Source: Hemiscyllium ocellatum
Lineage: Eukaryota
DNA: 64,000 nucleotides
Direction of reading: 5' to 3'
Assembly (NCBI RefSeq): GCF_020745735.1
Contig: NW_026867490.1
Coordinates: forward strand, 310,001-374,000
Shown: piece by piece, positions 10,301-23,029 of the stretch
How positions within the stretch are numbered: position 1 is the stretch's first letter
How the letters are laid out: each line of letters opens with the position of its first letter
Made by a program: the position numbers and the translations under genes
The notes under the pieces: generated by a model
What the model was told of the DNA's origin: nothing
Databases searched by the model: none
What the model saw: the letters and a program-made list of their open reading frames with translations, nothing else

Positions 10301-11520
10301 CCTACACCCCAGGATATTGGTGCCCTTCTGGTTCAGGTGCAACCCGTCCTATTTGTACAGGTCGCACCTTCCCCAGAATGCAGTCCAATTGTCCAAATAC
10401 CTGAAGGCCTCCCTCCTACACCATCCTTGCAGCCACGTGTTCAACTGCACTCTCTCCCTATTCCTTGCCTCACTGTAACGTGGCACCGGCAACAACCCAG
10501 AGATGACATCTCTGTCTGTCCTAGCTTTTAGCTTCCAGCCTAACTCCCTGAGCTCTTGAATAACCTCCCCACCCCTCCTCCTACCTATGTCGTTGGTGCC
10601 AATGTGTACCACGACTTCTGGCTACACACCCTCCCCGTTAAGGATTCTGAAGACACGGTCCGAGACGTCTCGGACCCTGGCACCCGGGAGGCAACAAACC
10701 ATCCGAGAGTCTCGCCGATGTCCACAGAACCGCCTGTCCGTCCCTCTAACTAGAGAATCTCCTATAACTAGCGCTCCCCTCCTCTCCGCCTTTCCCTTCT
10801 GAGTCTCAGAGCCAGACCTCACGCCACAAACCCCTTCACTGCAGCTTACACTTGCAAGGCTGTCCCCCTCAACAGTTTCCAAAGCTGTATACTTATTGTT
10901 TAGGGGAAAGACCACAGGGGAACCCTGCACTGCCTGCTTCTTCCCCTTCCCACCTCTAACTGTTACCCAGCTACCTCTGTTCTCTGGCGTAACTATGTCC
11001 CTGTAGCTTCTTTCAATCACCCTCGCAGCCTCACGAATAATCCTCAATTCATCCAACTCCTGTTCCAGTTCCCTAACTCGTTCGGTGAGGAGCAGGACCT
11101 GATTGCATTTCCTGCAGACGAAATTGGCAGGAGTATCGATGGTCACCCCTACCTCAAACATCCTGCAGGAGGAACATTCCACCGCCTGTGCTGCCATGAC
11201 TGTACACTGTCTCCAAAACACACCCACTCAAATACTAATTACTTACCTTCCCAACCAGCTCTGCGCTCCAACCTCACTTCCGCTGCTCCCACTTAAATGA
11301 CCGTTGGTGTTAAAGGGTGAATATTTATACTCACTGTTCTCCTTCCCGGCTGCCCCTCTGCTTGCCGTCACTTCCTCTGCTGCTCCCGCTCTTTCTGTGA
11401 AGAGAGAGAAGAAAAAAACACCGCTGCCCGCTACTGGTAAGTAATTTTAAAACAAATTGTCTTACCTTAGCTGTAGTCTCCCGGGTTCGCTTTTACTCGG
11501 CCGCTGCTCCCACTCAAAAA
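7338..11520 (-). mobile_element. Near full-length CR1 LINE (ORF1 zinc finger + SGNH esterase; ORF2 endonuclease + RT), frameshifted
   Basis: ORF1 AVECSSC..FVCRKC, LVIGDSLVRG, VHIGTNDIG (11227-10349). ORF2 YFNARSI..DVVAITETW, MDFSEAFDKVPH, GVPQGSVLGPLLF, SKFADDTK. (CATAGAA)3 tail at 7338-7358. Confidence 0.97.
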
Positions 11521-14002
11521 AAAATACAAAAAAAAAACAACTCCTATTATGTGAGATAATAACACTGCACAAACAGTGGAGTTCGGTATTAGTTGGTTTG
11601 ATGGTGTAAGTTGGTATTGTTGTGGTGACTATAGATATGTCTGTTCTGGCATTCAATAAAAGCATGTCTGATCTGCATCAAGTAGAATCGCCAGACCACA
11701 TCGTGCATCCTGCCAAATCACATATGCAGACGTTCTGGTGAATTGACGAAGATTGAACTCAATGTTTCTGACGAAGAAACATTTGATGCTTAAGTATTCA
11801 TTGTACACTTGAGATTATGATTTAGATTTAAATTTTCAGTTGAATGTTTTATCGTTATATTGACATAACCACAGTTTTGCTTACCGCAGTTGAACATGAA
11901 CGAGATTGACAAGTTCTCTAAGTTCAGGGATTTTTCCATTTATTTAATTTTAGCTGGGAACATAGAGAAGCAGCTATAGTGGAAAGAGAATCCATGCTTC
12001 AGTCAATGATCTCTGGTTGATCCTCTCTGCAAACTCTGTTGTGTACGAAACTGTGCTTGAATTGACTTTTTTTTTCCAAGTGGTGTGTTTGTGGGGTTAT
12101 TCCAGAAATTGTAACAGAGTCATTAAGTTCCCACAGAGTCGGTTGGTTTCTCAGATAACTTATGTCATTGTATATTCCATTCTATTTTGTTCTGGTTTCA
12201 AACTGTAGTCTGTCCATAAATTCTGTTTTGGTTAAAACTGAGTGGTTTGACCAGATGTGTCGGACATGGAGTGTTCACGTTGATTTGTTTGGTCCAGAAC
12301 ACATTTTAGCGCAAAAAAGCATGAACAAAGTCAAACAGAAATAAAGGAGGCAGCAAAAAGAAAAGGGAACGATCAGGTCTTCTCGCCCCTTCATCCAAGA
12401 GACCGCACAGCCTGGAATTCAAAAACACAGATTCATCCATTCATCTACGAACAGACTCGAGTGCATGATCGCCGCACGATGCAGCGAGAATTTTACCATC
12501 ACCACCGTCAAGTACCCAGGCCCAGGCTTGACTTAGAGCCATGCCATTTCAGCTGCCATTGGAACTGTTTCCCTGTTGTTTCGCATATTTGTGTCTGCAT
12601 TATTCCCCTGCTTCGTTTTTACAAGTTCTTTCACAGTCAGTTGTGTCTCAGTAAGATAACTTTTTGTCCATTCATGACAGAAAAGTGCATTGCATTCTGC
12701 TGCTGATTATGATAGATCGATTTCTGAGTTAAAGGGTTTGAAGGGAGCAGCACATAACTTTGATAAAGTAAATGTGTTTCACAGTGTTTTCTTGGTTTTG
12801 ATCCAAGGTGATATTTTCTTCAGATATTGCAGGATACTCTCAATATTTTCTGTATTTGTATCGTGCTTTAGTTATTACAAAATATGTAGATACTCATTTA
12901 TTGTGAGAAGCTGTATACAAAACATATGTGGCAGTATTCCACACAATGACTTGAAGTATTTATTAACAACTTTCATCATATGTTCAAAGATGATGCTTTA
13001 GCAAAATCCCGTGACGACCTGGCTTCTTAGCGAGGTTCTTATTCATAGAAGCTGATTTCACTTCCGTCTGAATATTCCAAATTAAAATTGCAAAAAAAAT
13101 CCTCATTATCCACACCTCAGCTTTACTGCGCATTCTAATGAATATCACTGAATTAATAGCTGCGTGTTAATAGAGTATATCTTTGTTTTTATTAGCTCCT
13201 GCAAAGTATTAAACTGTCGTGCATTTCCCTCGTGGGTCCAAATGGTGGTCCATCATTAAAAATAAACAAAAGCCAGTTTGGCTTGGAGCCAACTGGAGGG
13301 AACTTGCGTCAGACCACATGGGCACTTGATTTGATTTTTGGCAGACAAACTACACTGACCTGAAATTGCACTTAAATGTTATGCCAGTTTTTGTGCAACT
13401 TATCAAGGCACTAAACCAGATTTATGCAAAAGTACGATTGTCCTGAATCAGATATATTTGTACTGACTGTTATAATAGCGCAGACGTGGTGATTTATTAG
13501 TGAAGACTTGAGTTCATGCATCTCGAATGCAACTAATTTGAGGGATTTATCTATAATTATGTTGCGACCAATTGCGATACTGGTTTTAAAAATCATTTTG
13601 ACCTTGGCGAATGATCAAACAGAAAAAAAATCTCCTATGTGAGAAAATGGTAATGTCCTTCAAGAAAATTTATTTTTGTCAGACTGGTCAGTAATGCAGA
13701 TGTCCAATTTTACCCAAAATCCAAGTAACTGTCTTTATTTTCTGTGATGGATTGCAACTTGGACACTTCAAAAACTCCGAAATCTTCCTATAGGAGTAGT
13801 GAATTAGACCAGAGAAAACAATCGATTCGATTTTAACAGAAGCTTCAGTCAAACAGCAGCTGCGCTGACTTGTCTTGTTTCAGTAATTGGTAATTAACAT
13901 AAATGATGTAATATCTGATTTTGTCCCTGCAGAATTACCACCCTCTACAATAATGATCGTTTTTGCGGTGAAGTGCATAATGTACTGGAGTTTTCATTAG
14001 AA

Positions 14003-14072
14003 ATGCACGGAATACCAGAAGGTCTGGTGTTTGCCATCTACTACCCCATCATTGCAATAATTGGAGTTCCAG
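14003..14072 (+). CDS. Orphan class-A GPCR (GPR139/142-like) gene 1, coding exon 1
   Basis: MHGIPEGLVFAIYYPIIAIIGVP+G|GTGACG; 70 nt, phase 1; paralogous to 46876-46945. Confidence 0.9.
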
Positions 14073-14989
14073 GTGACGTATTGAACTTCAGCTGTAACTT
14101 CATGTTTCATAATTCAACTGCGTCAGTTCTTCATTTTGCTGCTAACAAATCTCCATGATAGATATTTTTCCTGCTTTTAACTCGTGACGTCTATCACTTC
14201 AATGTTACAAATTATTCAGTTTATTTGATAAAATTTCTGTATTTTAATACAGTCATTATCCCCATTAACCGTTTTACCTCATCACGTAACCTTATAATTT
14301 GTGTGATTGGCTGACGTTATTTCGTTCCATCTGAATATTTTATTCCCTCTCATTCAACATTGTATTCTAGGACTTAGTACACGGAGTTTCTTTGAAAGAC
14401 CTGCTTAATTTATCTCTTCATGTTTGTATGCCTTAATAGGCCAAATTCCACTTCATCACTTGAATACTTTCCCGATTTATCATTATCATCGCAAGATGCA
14501 AACATCGTTTTTTTTTTCATTCACTGTCTCTGGGAGGGATGAATTGTATCATTATCTCGGTTGAATGTAGTTATGCTGTATTATTAGCAACGCTTTATAC
14601 TTCCAATTGCCACAAAATTACTGCAATGTAAACTTGTTGGATTTTAGCTTAAAATAGGCTTGTTAATGGCGCAGAAATATAAGACATTCTGTTGCATTTT
14701 TAGCAGAGGGAATTGGTTCTAAATATCCAGGATTTATTCTTTTTTTTCCAGGTTTCAGTATCGTCATAAATTGCGAAATTAAGGCCCTTATTCAGGAAGT
14801 GGAGGGGTGGGTATTGGATGTTTCAGAAAACAGGAAACTACCTGCCAGTTCGTTTAACATCTCTCAAACTGTTTACGTTCAAATTCATTGCAAAATTCAT
14901 TGCAACAGGACCATTTAGATAAAAGTAACCAGGCATTATAAATGTACTTTATCAAAACAAATCCACATTAAACTTTATTGGACTTTTTC

Positions 14990-15470
14990 AAAAATTCGTA
15001 ACATAACGTGTGGAACATTTGGAAAACGCAGATTTCCAAAATGTATTTGGCAATGTATCATATCAATGATTAATGTGAAGAATAATTGACACAGTGTAAG
15101 AATTGTTGCATTTGCGTAGATAGATAAACTTGCTAACAGGAAACCAAGAGTTGACCAAATGGTATTTTATTTGTACAATGCAACTGTGACATAACCCAAA
15201 TGTTAGTGCTGATTGTCTGAACTTTTAGAATGTTTATGAATACCATGGATAAAGGTGAGAATATATTATTATCAAACATGATACGCCTCAGATATAGATT
15301 TTAACATATGTTTCAAGAGTACGTAAGCTGGTTCTTAAAAAAAGTTAAGTAAGCAGAGAAAACTGCAAGAGTGTAATGTGAGATAAATGTGAAATTGTGC
15401 ACGTTGGACGAAACAGTATAAGCCAAGCAAAATGTCCTAATGATAAGCATTTGCAGAAGTTATTTTACTT
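14990..15470 (+). mobile_element. Old CR1 fragment in the GPCR1 intron (continues about 17960-18400)
   Basis: Decayed RT-like sequence; its continuation matches 49180-49400 in the GPCR2 intron. Confidence 0.5.
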
Positions 15471-15477
15471 GTAGAGT

Positions 15478-17955
15478 CAAAGAGTCATAGAGACATGTAG
15501 CACGGAAACAGATCCTTGAGTCCAACTCCTCCATGTCCAACATATATCCCAACCGAATCTCGTTCCACTTGCCAGCACCTGCCTATATCGCTCTAAACCT
15601 TTCCTATGCATATATCCATCTAGATGTTTTTTAAACATAGCAATTGTACAGGCCTTTACCACTTCTGCTGGCAGCTCAATCCATACCTATATCACACTCT
15701 GCGTGAAAAAGTTGCGCGTTAGGTCTCTTCTTTATCTTTCCCCTCTAACCCTAAACCTATGCCGTCTTGTTAGGACTCCCCAACCCCAGGGAAAAGTCTT
15801 TGTCTATTTATCCTATCCATGCCCCTCACGGTTTTATAAACCTGCAAAAGGTTGTCCGTCAGCCTCCGATTATCCAGGGAGAACAGTCCTAGCCTATTCA
15901 ACTTCTTCCTATGGCTCAAATCCTCCAACTCTGGCAACATCCTTGGAAATCTTTCTGAACACTTTCAAGTTTCGCAACATCTTTCCAATAAGAAGAACTG
16001 AACTGCATGCAATGTACCATCAGTAGCCTAACCAATGGAGGGAATGCCGCAACAAGACTTCCCAACTCCTACACTCCTGACCAATAAAAGAAAGCATATC
16101 ATACGCCTTCTTCACTATCCTATCTACCTGGGACTCACTTTCAAGGAGTTATAAACTTGCACTCCAAGGTATATCTTTTCAGCAAACTTACTAGAACCTT
16201 ACTATTAAATGTTGAAGTCCTGATAAGATTTGCTTTCCCAAAAAGCAGCACTTCACATTTACCTAAATAAAACTCCATGTGCCACTTCTCAGACCATTGG
16301 CCCATCTGAACAAGATACCGTTATAATCTGAAGAAACTCTTTTTGTCGTCCACTGCACCTTCAATGTTGGTGTGATCTGGAATCTTCCTAACTATACCTG
16401 CCATTTTCACACTCAAATCATTTCTGTTAATAAAGAAAGGTAGTGGACCCATTACTGATCCTTGTGGCACTCCACTGGTCATAGGCCTCCAGTGTGAAAA
16501 ACAATCCACTACCACCATCTGTCTTCTATCTTTGAGCAAGTACTGGAACTAAATCGGTAGTTCTACGTTGTATTCGATGAGATCTAATCTTGCTGACCAA
16601 TCTCCCATGGGGAAACGTGACGAACGTTTTACCGAAGTCCACATAGTTCACAGCTACCGCTCTGTCCTCATCAACACTCTTCGGTCTTTCTTCAAAAAAA
16701 GCTCAATCAAGTTTATGAGACATGAGTTTCCACGTACAACGCAATGTTAACTAGCGCAGATAAGTCCTGGCCTTTACAAATACATGTACATTATGGGCAT
16801 CAGGATTCCCTCCACTAAATTGCCCAGCAACGATGTCAAGCTCACTGGTCCATTGTTCCTTGGTTTGTCCTTAACACCTTTATTAAACAGTGGTACCACG
16901 TTAGCCAACCTCAAATCTTCTGGCACCTCATCTGTCACTATTGATGATACAAATATCTCAGTAAGAGGTCCATCAATCACTTCCTTAACTTCACACCGTG
17001 TTCTAGGGAACACCTGATAATGTCCTGGAGATTTATCCACTTTTATGCGTTTAAGACAGCCAGCATTTCCATCTTTGTAAGATGGACATTTTTTAATACA
17101 TCACCATCTATTTCACTACATTCTATATATTCCATGTCTTTTCCCACATTAAATACAGGTGCATAATACTCGTTTAGTGTCTCCCGTATCTCCTGCGGCT
17201 CCACGCTATTGCCACCTTCCTCATTTTTGAGGAACACTATTCTCTCCCTCGTTACTCTTTTGTCCTTAATGTATCTGTAAAAACCCTTTGGATTCTCTTT
17301 AACTGTATTTGCAAAAGCTACCTCATGTCCCCTTTTTGCTCTCCTGATTTCTGTCCTAAATATACTCCTACTGTCTTTATCCTCTAAGAATTCGCTCGAT
17401 CTGTCGTGCCTGTACATGACATACGCTTCCTTCCTTTTTCTTAACCAACCCTTTACTTCTTTAGTCACCCACCATTCCCTATACCTAACAGCCTTTTCTT
17501 TCACCTCAGCGGAATATACCTTTTCTGGACTCTCGTTATCTCAATTCTGAAGGCTTTTCATTTTTCAGCCGTCCCTTTATCAGTGAACATCTGTCCCGGG
17601 TTAGCTTTTGAATGTTCTTGCCTCATACCGCAAAATTGGCCTTTCCCCAATGTCGCAAATCAACTTTTAGATCCGGTCTGTCTTTTTCCATCACTAATTT
17701 AAAACTAATAGAATTATAGTCGCTCGCCCACAGTCCTCCACCACTGACGCATCCGTCACCTGCCTTGCCATATTTCCCAAGAGTAGGTCAAGATTTGCAC
17801 CTTCTCTAGTAGGTATATTGATACACTGAATCAGAAAATTTTCTTGAACACAATTTACACATTCGTCTCAGTCTAAACCCTAAACATTATGTTAGTTCCA
17901 CTCAATGTTAGGAAAGTTATAAACAACTATCATAACCTATCAACACCTATTATTC
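15478..17955 (-). mobile_element. 5'-truncated CR1 LINE (ORF2) in the GPCR1 intron
   Basis: Fragments GVPQGSVMGPL, DKSPG..LANVVPLFNKG, EIRRAKRGHE; CR1 3' end at 15478. Confidence 0.9.
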
Positions 17956-18789
17956 TTACAAATGGAACACTGAATGCAAATGTGCAGACGCATCAAGTTA
18001 CTGGGAACGTAGATTCAAATCACTGTTAATTTCAAGACAAATTGAATTCTAGTATCGTGTTGGTATTTTTTGAGTTTCAGGGCCATAATGAGACCACAGC
18101 TGACGTCCTGCACACCTAAGTGAGTTTTTTATTTGGAAAAGATTTGGAAGCATTTCATATAAGGAAACATTTAGCAGATTTAGTCTTGGCTTGGCAAGAC
18201 TGCACACAAAATGTCCTTGTGATTATCAGCTGGAGAACTGTGTTACATTCCCAAAGTCAGAGAAATACAAGTTGGCGCCTGGTCGACATATGTTTCAGCA
18301 TATGTCTTAACAAAGCAATTGCTGACATGCATAACAGTGAGTGTTTTTACCGAATATGGTTCGAAGGAACAGTATATAATATGACCGAAGCGTAACCTGT
18401 GTCCCTGCCAGCTTCCCCATAATCATTTTACTATTTTCCCACTGTAACATTTACTGCTATATTTTGCTGTTATCGTTCTCTAGTACATCTAAGTGATCAA
18501 GTGAATGTTGACTGAATGATCAACTTGGCCAGGAAATGTCAGTGTAGACATGATTCTCTGTTAAAAATCCAACAGAATTTTATTGCCATCCGACGTCATT
18601 AACAAAGACATGTTTCAGCTGGATTTGTATTTTAATTATAGTTACGTTTGCATTTCGAGCAAGCTGTAAAGGCCATTGAGTTATATGATTCAAGAGCATT
18701 CAATAAAGTGGTTAATTTTACTGGAAACTGAAAAATAAATTATCCATTCGTCCATTTTATGAAACACAAATGGTCTCTTTCTGTTTCAG

Positions 18790-19688
18790 CGAATTTGGCT
18801 GTGATTGCGATCTTGCCTCGAAGGCAATGTGGTTTGTCTGGGTGTATGATACTTTACCTGGTGTCCATTGCGGTGGCAGACCTCCTGGTCCTGGTAACCT
18901 GTGTAATATTAAACCGTATACCTGGGATTTACTTTCCATACAGTTTTCTGTCCATTACTCCAGTTTGCAGTCTTAGATCTGTCTTAAATTCCACCACTGT
19001 AGACTGTTCTGCTTGGCTTACTGCCGCTTTCACGTTTGATCGATTTGTGGTGATTTCTTGTCAGAAGCTGAAAATAAAATATTGCACCAGAATGGCCGCA
19101 GCATGGGTCATAGGGATCGTGTCTACGCTGTGTTGCATAAAAAATGCATTTTTGTATTTTATATATGAACCTGTGTATACAATTAACAATGTATCCTGGT
19201 TCTGCAACCTAAAATTGATATTTTATGAGTCACCTGTTTGGGCCGCATATGATTTATTTCGTAGCATTTTCAACCCTCTTCTCCCATTCGTCCTGATTTT
19301 ACTGCTCAATGCTTTGACGATTAGATATATTCTTCTGGCCAATGGAGCCCGAAGGAGACTCATGGCGGATAGTCACAAAGAGAGTCAGAGAGACCCAGAG
19401 ATGGAAAAGCGGAAAAAGTCCATCACTTTACTCTTTGCCATTTCAGGCAGTTTCCTTTTGTTGTATTTGTTATCTTTTACAACGATCCTCTATGTCCGAA
19501 TTGTGAAAGTGACCTATTTTTCAGGTTCACTTTCCAGCACATCGACATTTATCCTTGAGGAGAATGGATTTATGCTTTTATTTTTGTGTTCCTGCATCAA
19601 TCCGTTTATTTATGCTGGAACCCAAAATAAGTTCAGAGACGAATTAAAGAATGGGCTGAAATATCTGCTGCGACAATTTCTTAAATGA
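18790..19688 (+). CDS. Orphan class-A GPCR gene 1, coding exon 2 (spliced product 322 aa)
   Basis: TTTCAG| acceptor; ANL...DLL (TM2), FDRF (TM3), NPFIY (TM7); 70+899=969 nt open frame to TGA. Confidence 0.93.
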
Positions 19689-20177
19689 TTCGAAACTGGA
19701 AAATATGTGTATTCACTAGAAATCATGTACAATTTTCCAGAAGTACAACGTAACAACAATGGGATTGTAAAGATGCAATGTAAACAGGCAGAACTTGTGG
19801 TATCATGGTTCCTGTACGTTTTATTCTCTTGTTTATTTCTATTTTACCAGAAAAAGAACATTAGTTGTCCTCCGTAATGGGCAGGCATATTGTAAACCAC
19901 GGTGGCGTCTGGTATGGAATAAATTGACACAATTTTTCTTTTAAAATTGACTGAAGCAATGTTTAATTTACTTAAGTGATGTTGATGGTAAAAATAATTG
20001 AGGTCTTGACAATTGTGACGTGGGTGAAGGCAGAGGGCAATGCTTTAAGAGCAGAAATACGAGAATGCAGTGATGAATCAGAGAGGACCCGATGTACGAT
20101 ATGCAGACATGTTCAATTTTAATGAAACATTATAGAAGAAACGCAGCACAATAGAATCTGAGACACAAGTGGTTTTG

Positions 20178-20470
20178 TGTGAGAGCTCAGTAACTCACTG
20201 CAGAGTGAGTCAGCTTCCGACCTGCGAAACTGGCGAAATAATTTACTATCTACAGCTCTAAACACGTACCAACCAAAATCCGCTTTATATTAGAGCCACT
20301 CGAATGTCTCCACAGAATAAGTTCAGGCTTTGAATATAGATGTTGTTGGTACTAGAATAAATAAGATTCAGTCCGGGTGGTGTCATCGGAACAACTTCAA
20401 ATCATCGCTTCTCCTTCTGCCGAAACATCAGGTGACAGCAGGTGAGTGAGAATCCATCTCACTCACATTT
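20178..20470 (-). pseudogene. TCR alpha/delta-like V pseudogene convergent with GPCR1
   Basis: EGEAMI*SCSDDTTRTESYLF*YQQHLYSKPELILWRHSSGS / KADF / LTHSAVSY*AL; Cys at 20391-20393; no usable RSS. Confidence 0.8.
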
Positions 20471-22224
20471 GATAAAACAAACATGATCGAGAACGAAAGG
20501 ATCAGAGTAATCGATATTTCAAAATCAGTTTCATATCATACCTGGAAGGCGATAGAAATAATGGAAAGTGATGAGACAGTTAGCTGTTAGAAATGCTTAC
20601 TCCATAACGGAAACTCCAAGCAGCTGCATTGTCCTGGACGCTCTATGCAAGGAGTGTCGAAGTTTTGAAGTCACTGGTTCGACTCTATACTCTAAATAGT
20701 CTTCATTCATGTATCATCTCACTGTCTTGTGCTCCCAGAACGCGATGTAACTGATCAGAACTTTGTTAGCTTGAATTGATTGGAAGAATTTCGAAATGGT
20801 TTAAGACCAGCAATCACACAGGGCGGTTTTCTCCCATTTTACACGCGTGCACTGCTTTGAAAAACATGCCAGTAGAGAAAAATTATTATTTTATGCGACA
20901 TAAATATCGCTGGTTTTCTTAGCATTTATTGTTCATCCCTAATTTCTCTGGAATTCAGTTTGTTCAACTGCCTGAGGGCTGGTAGTTGTGACTCCCCTGA
21001 TCTGACCTCTAGATCATTTTAATTCGAAACATACCGTTTTTTTCCCCACAAAGGTCAATATGCCTGTCAGAACATAAAGATAGAATGTACTATTATTGGG
21101 CAAAGAGATCTGAAGAACATACAAAGTTCTTACACTTAAAACACAATTCAAACTCTGCCCTCGACTGTACTTTACGTTTCATATGCTGTTTGTGTTCTAA
21201 CTCCAATGAGCTGCCCTTCTCCGTGCCTGTCAGCCGAGATGTGATAATCTACAATCTTCAGATTCTTGATTTGCAGTGACAGAATACACAGAAAGCAGTA
21301 TCGTTGTTATTATTTTTACATTTACCACTCATTTATTCACAGTGCCAATTGACAGCTTGAGGACACAAATTTGCAACAATTACACTTGTCTGCAACGGGA
21401 CCTGAAACCACTATGCCCTGGCATTATTCGTATTCATCTTGATGGTCTTTACATGTTGAGTGTGTTTCCAACTCCACCATCGTTCCAGGCAGTACATTCC
21501 ATATGTCGTCCACCTCCACATGATATTCTATTTCTCAGGTTGCTTCTGCGCTTCTTTGTCCTCATCTTTAACATATGCTTTCTGGTCTTCGACACGTATC
21601 GATGTGGAAAATAAAATCTCTCGAACTTTTCTATCTCTTCCGCTGATTGTTGGACACACCTCAATCAGATTCTCCCAAACCAAGTTGTGTTTGTTCAAAG
21701 AGAAACATATTCAACCCGAGTATCTTCGTTACAGGCAACATCCTGCTTTGTATTTCTCCAGTGCAATGGAGGTTTGCCCGTTGAGGGACGAACAGAATGA
21801 TAAGTGGTGATGCATCTCTGGCTTAAGCAATGTTTTATGAGTTTGCAACAAAACTTTCTTGCCACTGCATTAAATGACCCAACAAATGAAGGCAAACAGA
21901 CCATTTGCCTTGTTCATCACCCTCGCGATTTTTTTTCTATTCTGTTATGAAGTTGTAGGCGTGTACTGTTCCTTTAAGAGAGTTTGAAAGCAGGCAAGGA
22001 CTTAACAAACAGAATGTGATGGAAAGTTTAAAAATGTAACATCTGGAAATGAAACAAATAGCAGGAGCAGAGTTGCTATGTTATACACCAAATTCGAATT
22101 TGAACAATCAGTGTAAATTATGTCCCAAGATACCAATATCCGATCGAATTTGATTTTTAATGTTTTTACGACATCAAACCAATGAGTTGATCCGATGCTT
22201 TGGTGTATGGAACTCGGACATATT

Positions 22225-22520
22225 GAACAGTTACATGAGCGACAAAGAACATCATACTGTCTGCAGACTGTCTCACTGAAAGTTAAATTGCCCGCAGTGA
22301 AGCTGTCTTGGAAGATATCATTTCATATGAAATCTATGAAGAGGAAGACCGGAGAAAAGAAGACAAGAAGGTACCAATGGAAAAGCGGCAGCTGGCTTGT
22401 TTCGAAATTTGATTTTTTGAAACATATTCGGGGGTGGTTGTTACCAGATCATTATATTGTTACAGAAGGGGAAGTAGATATCACCTTTCGACAAAGGAGG
22501 CGGACAGTGTCGATAGAGGT
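22225..22520 (-). pseudogene. Decayed V remnant
   Basis: FHWY(22371-22379)...SPVFL...DIFQDSFTA.NLTFSE / ADSM. Confidence 0.45.
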
Positions 22521-22689
22521 TCTTTCATTCTCTTGTTTTTCTAGGTGTAAAACATTTTTTCTTTAAATATTAATTTTATTGTGACTAATACTTTAACAGA
22601 TTCTGAGTTGTGATGAGCTTTTTTGGGTGTTTAGTTCCATTTAGCAGAAGGATTTATCCCGAGTGGTAACAATTCATTCAAGGGATGAG

Positions 22690-22930
22690 GACACCACTGT
22701 CTAGATTAGCATTTAAGCAGTTAAGACTCAATCACATTGGTGTTATTCTGTAGTCACATGTAGGCGAAACCAGGTGACAGATTCATTCTCTGACGCATCT
22801 TGCTGAAACAGTTGAGCTTTTCCAACCATCAGCTCAAGTTCCACCATCTTCCATGGCAGAATTCGAACACGTGTCCCCAGAACCTGACCAGGGCCTCTGG
22901 ATTATCAGTATAGCGAAAATAGTACTAGTT
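22690..22930 (-). mobile_element. Old SINE (Deu-core-like)
   Basis: cagctcaagttccaccatcttccatggcagaattcgaacacgtgtccccagaac pattern; a related copy is at about 34006-34190. Confidence 0.4.
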
Positions 22931-23029
22931 AATCTCCAACCAAAGTGCGACACTTGCTGACATCTTCAGGGATCTGTGGACTTGTAGGCCTCCAGATCTT
23001 TGCTCCTAATTGCTTCCTGACAAACATTG

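Noticed and set aside
11550-11760. RCGL/CSV motifs suggesting a GPCR fragment
   Set aside because: Motif spacing does not match the paralogs; ambiguous with a V 5' part.
12620-12800. CACAGTG at 12780 preceded by ISEL..GAA..KV
   Set aside because: Only about 155 nt from the nearest acceptor, no nonamer and no Cys pair.
18759-18789. ORF-track N-terminus MKHKWSLSVS (and MKHGFYL... at 53187)
   Set aside because: Intronic polypyrimidine tract; the real N-termini come from the 70-nt upstream exons.
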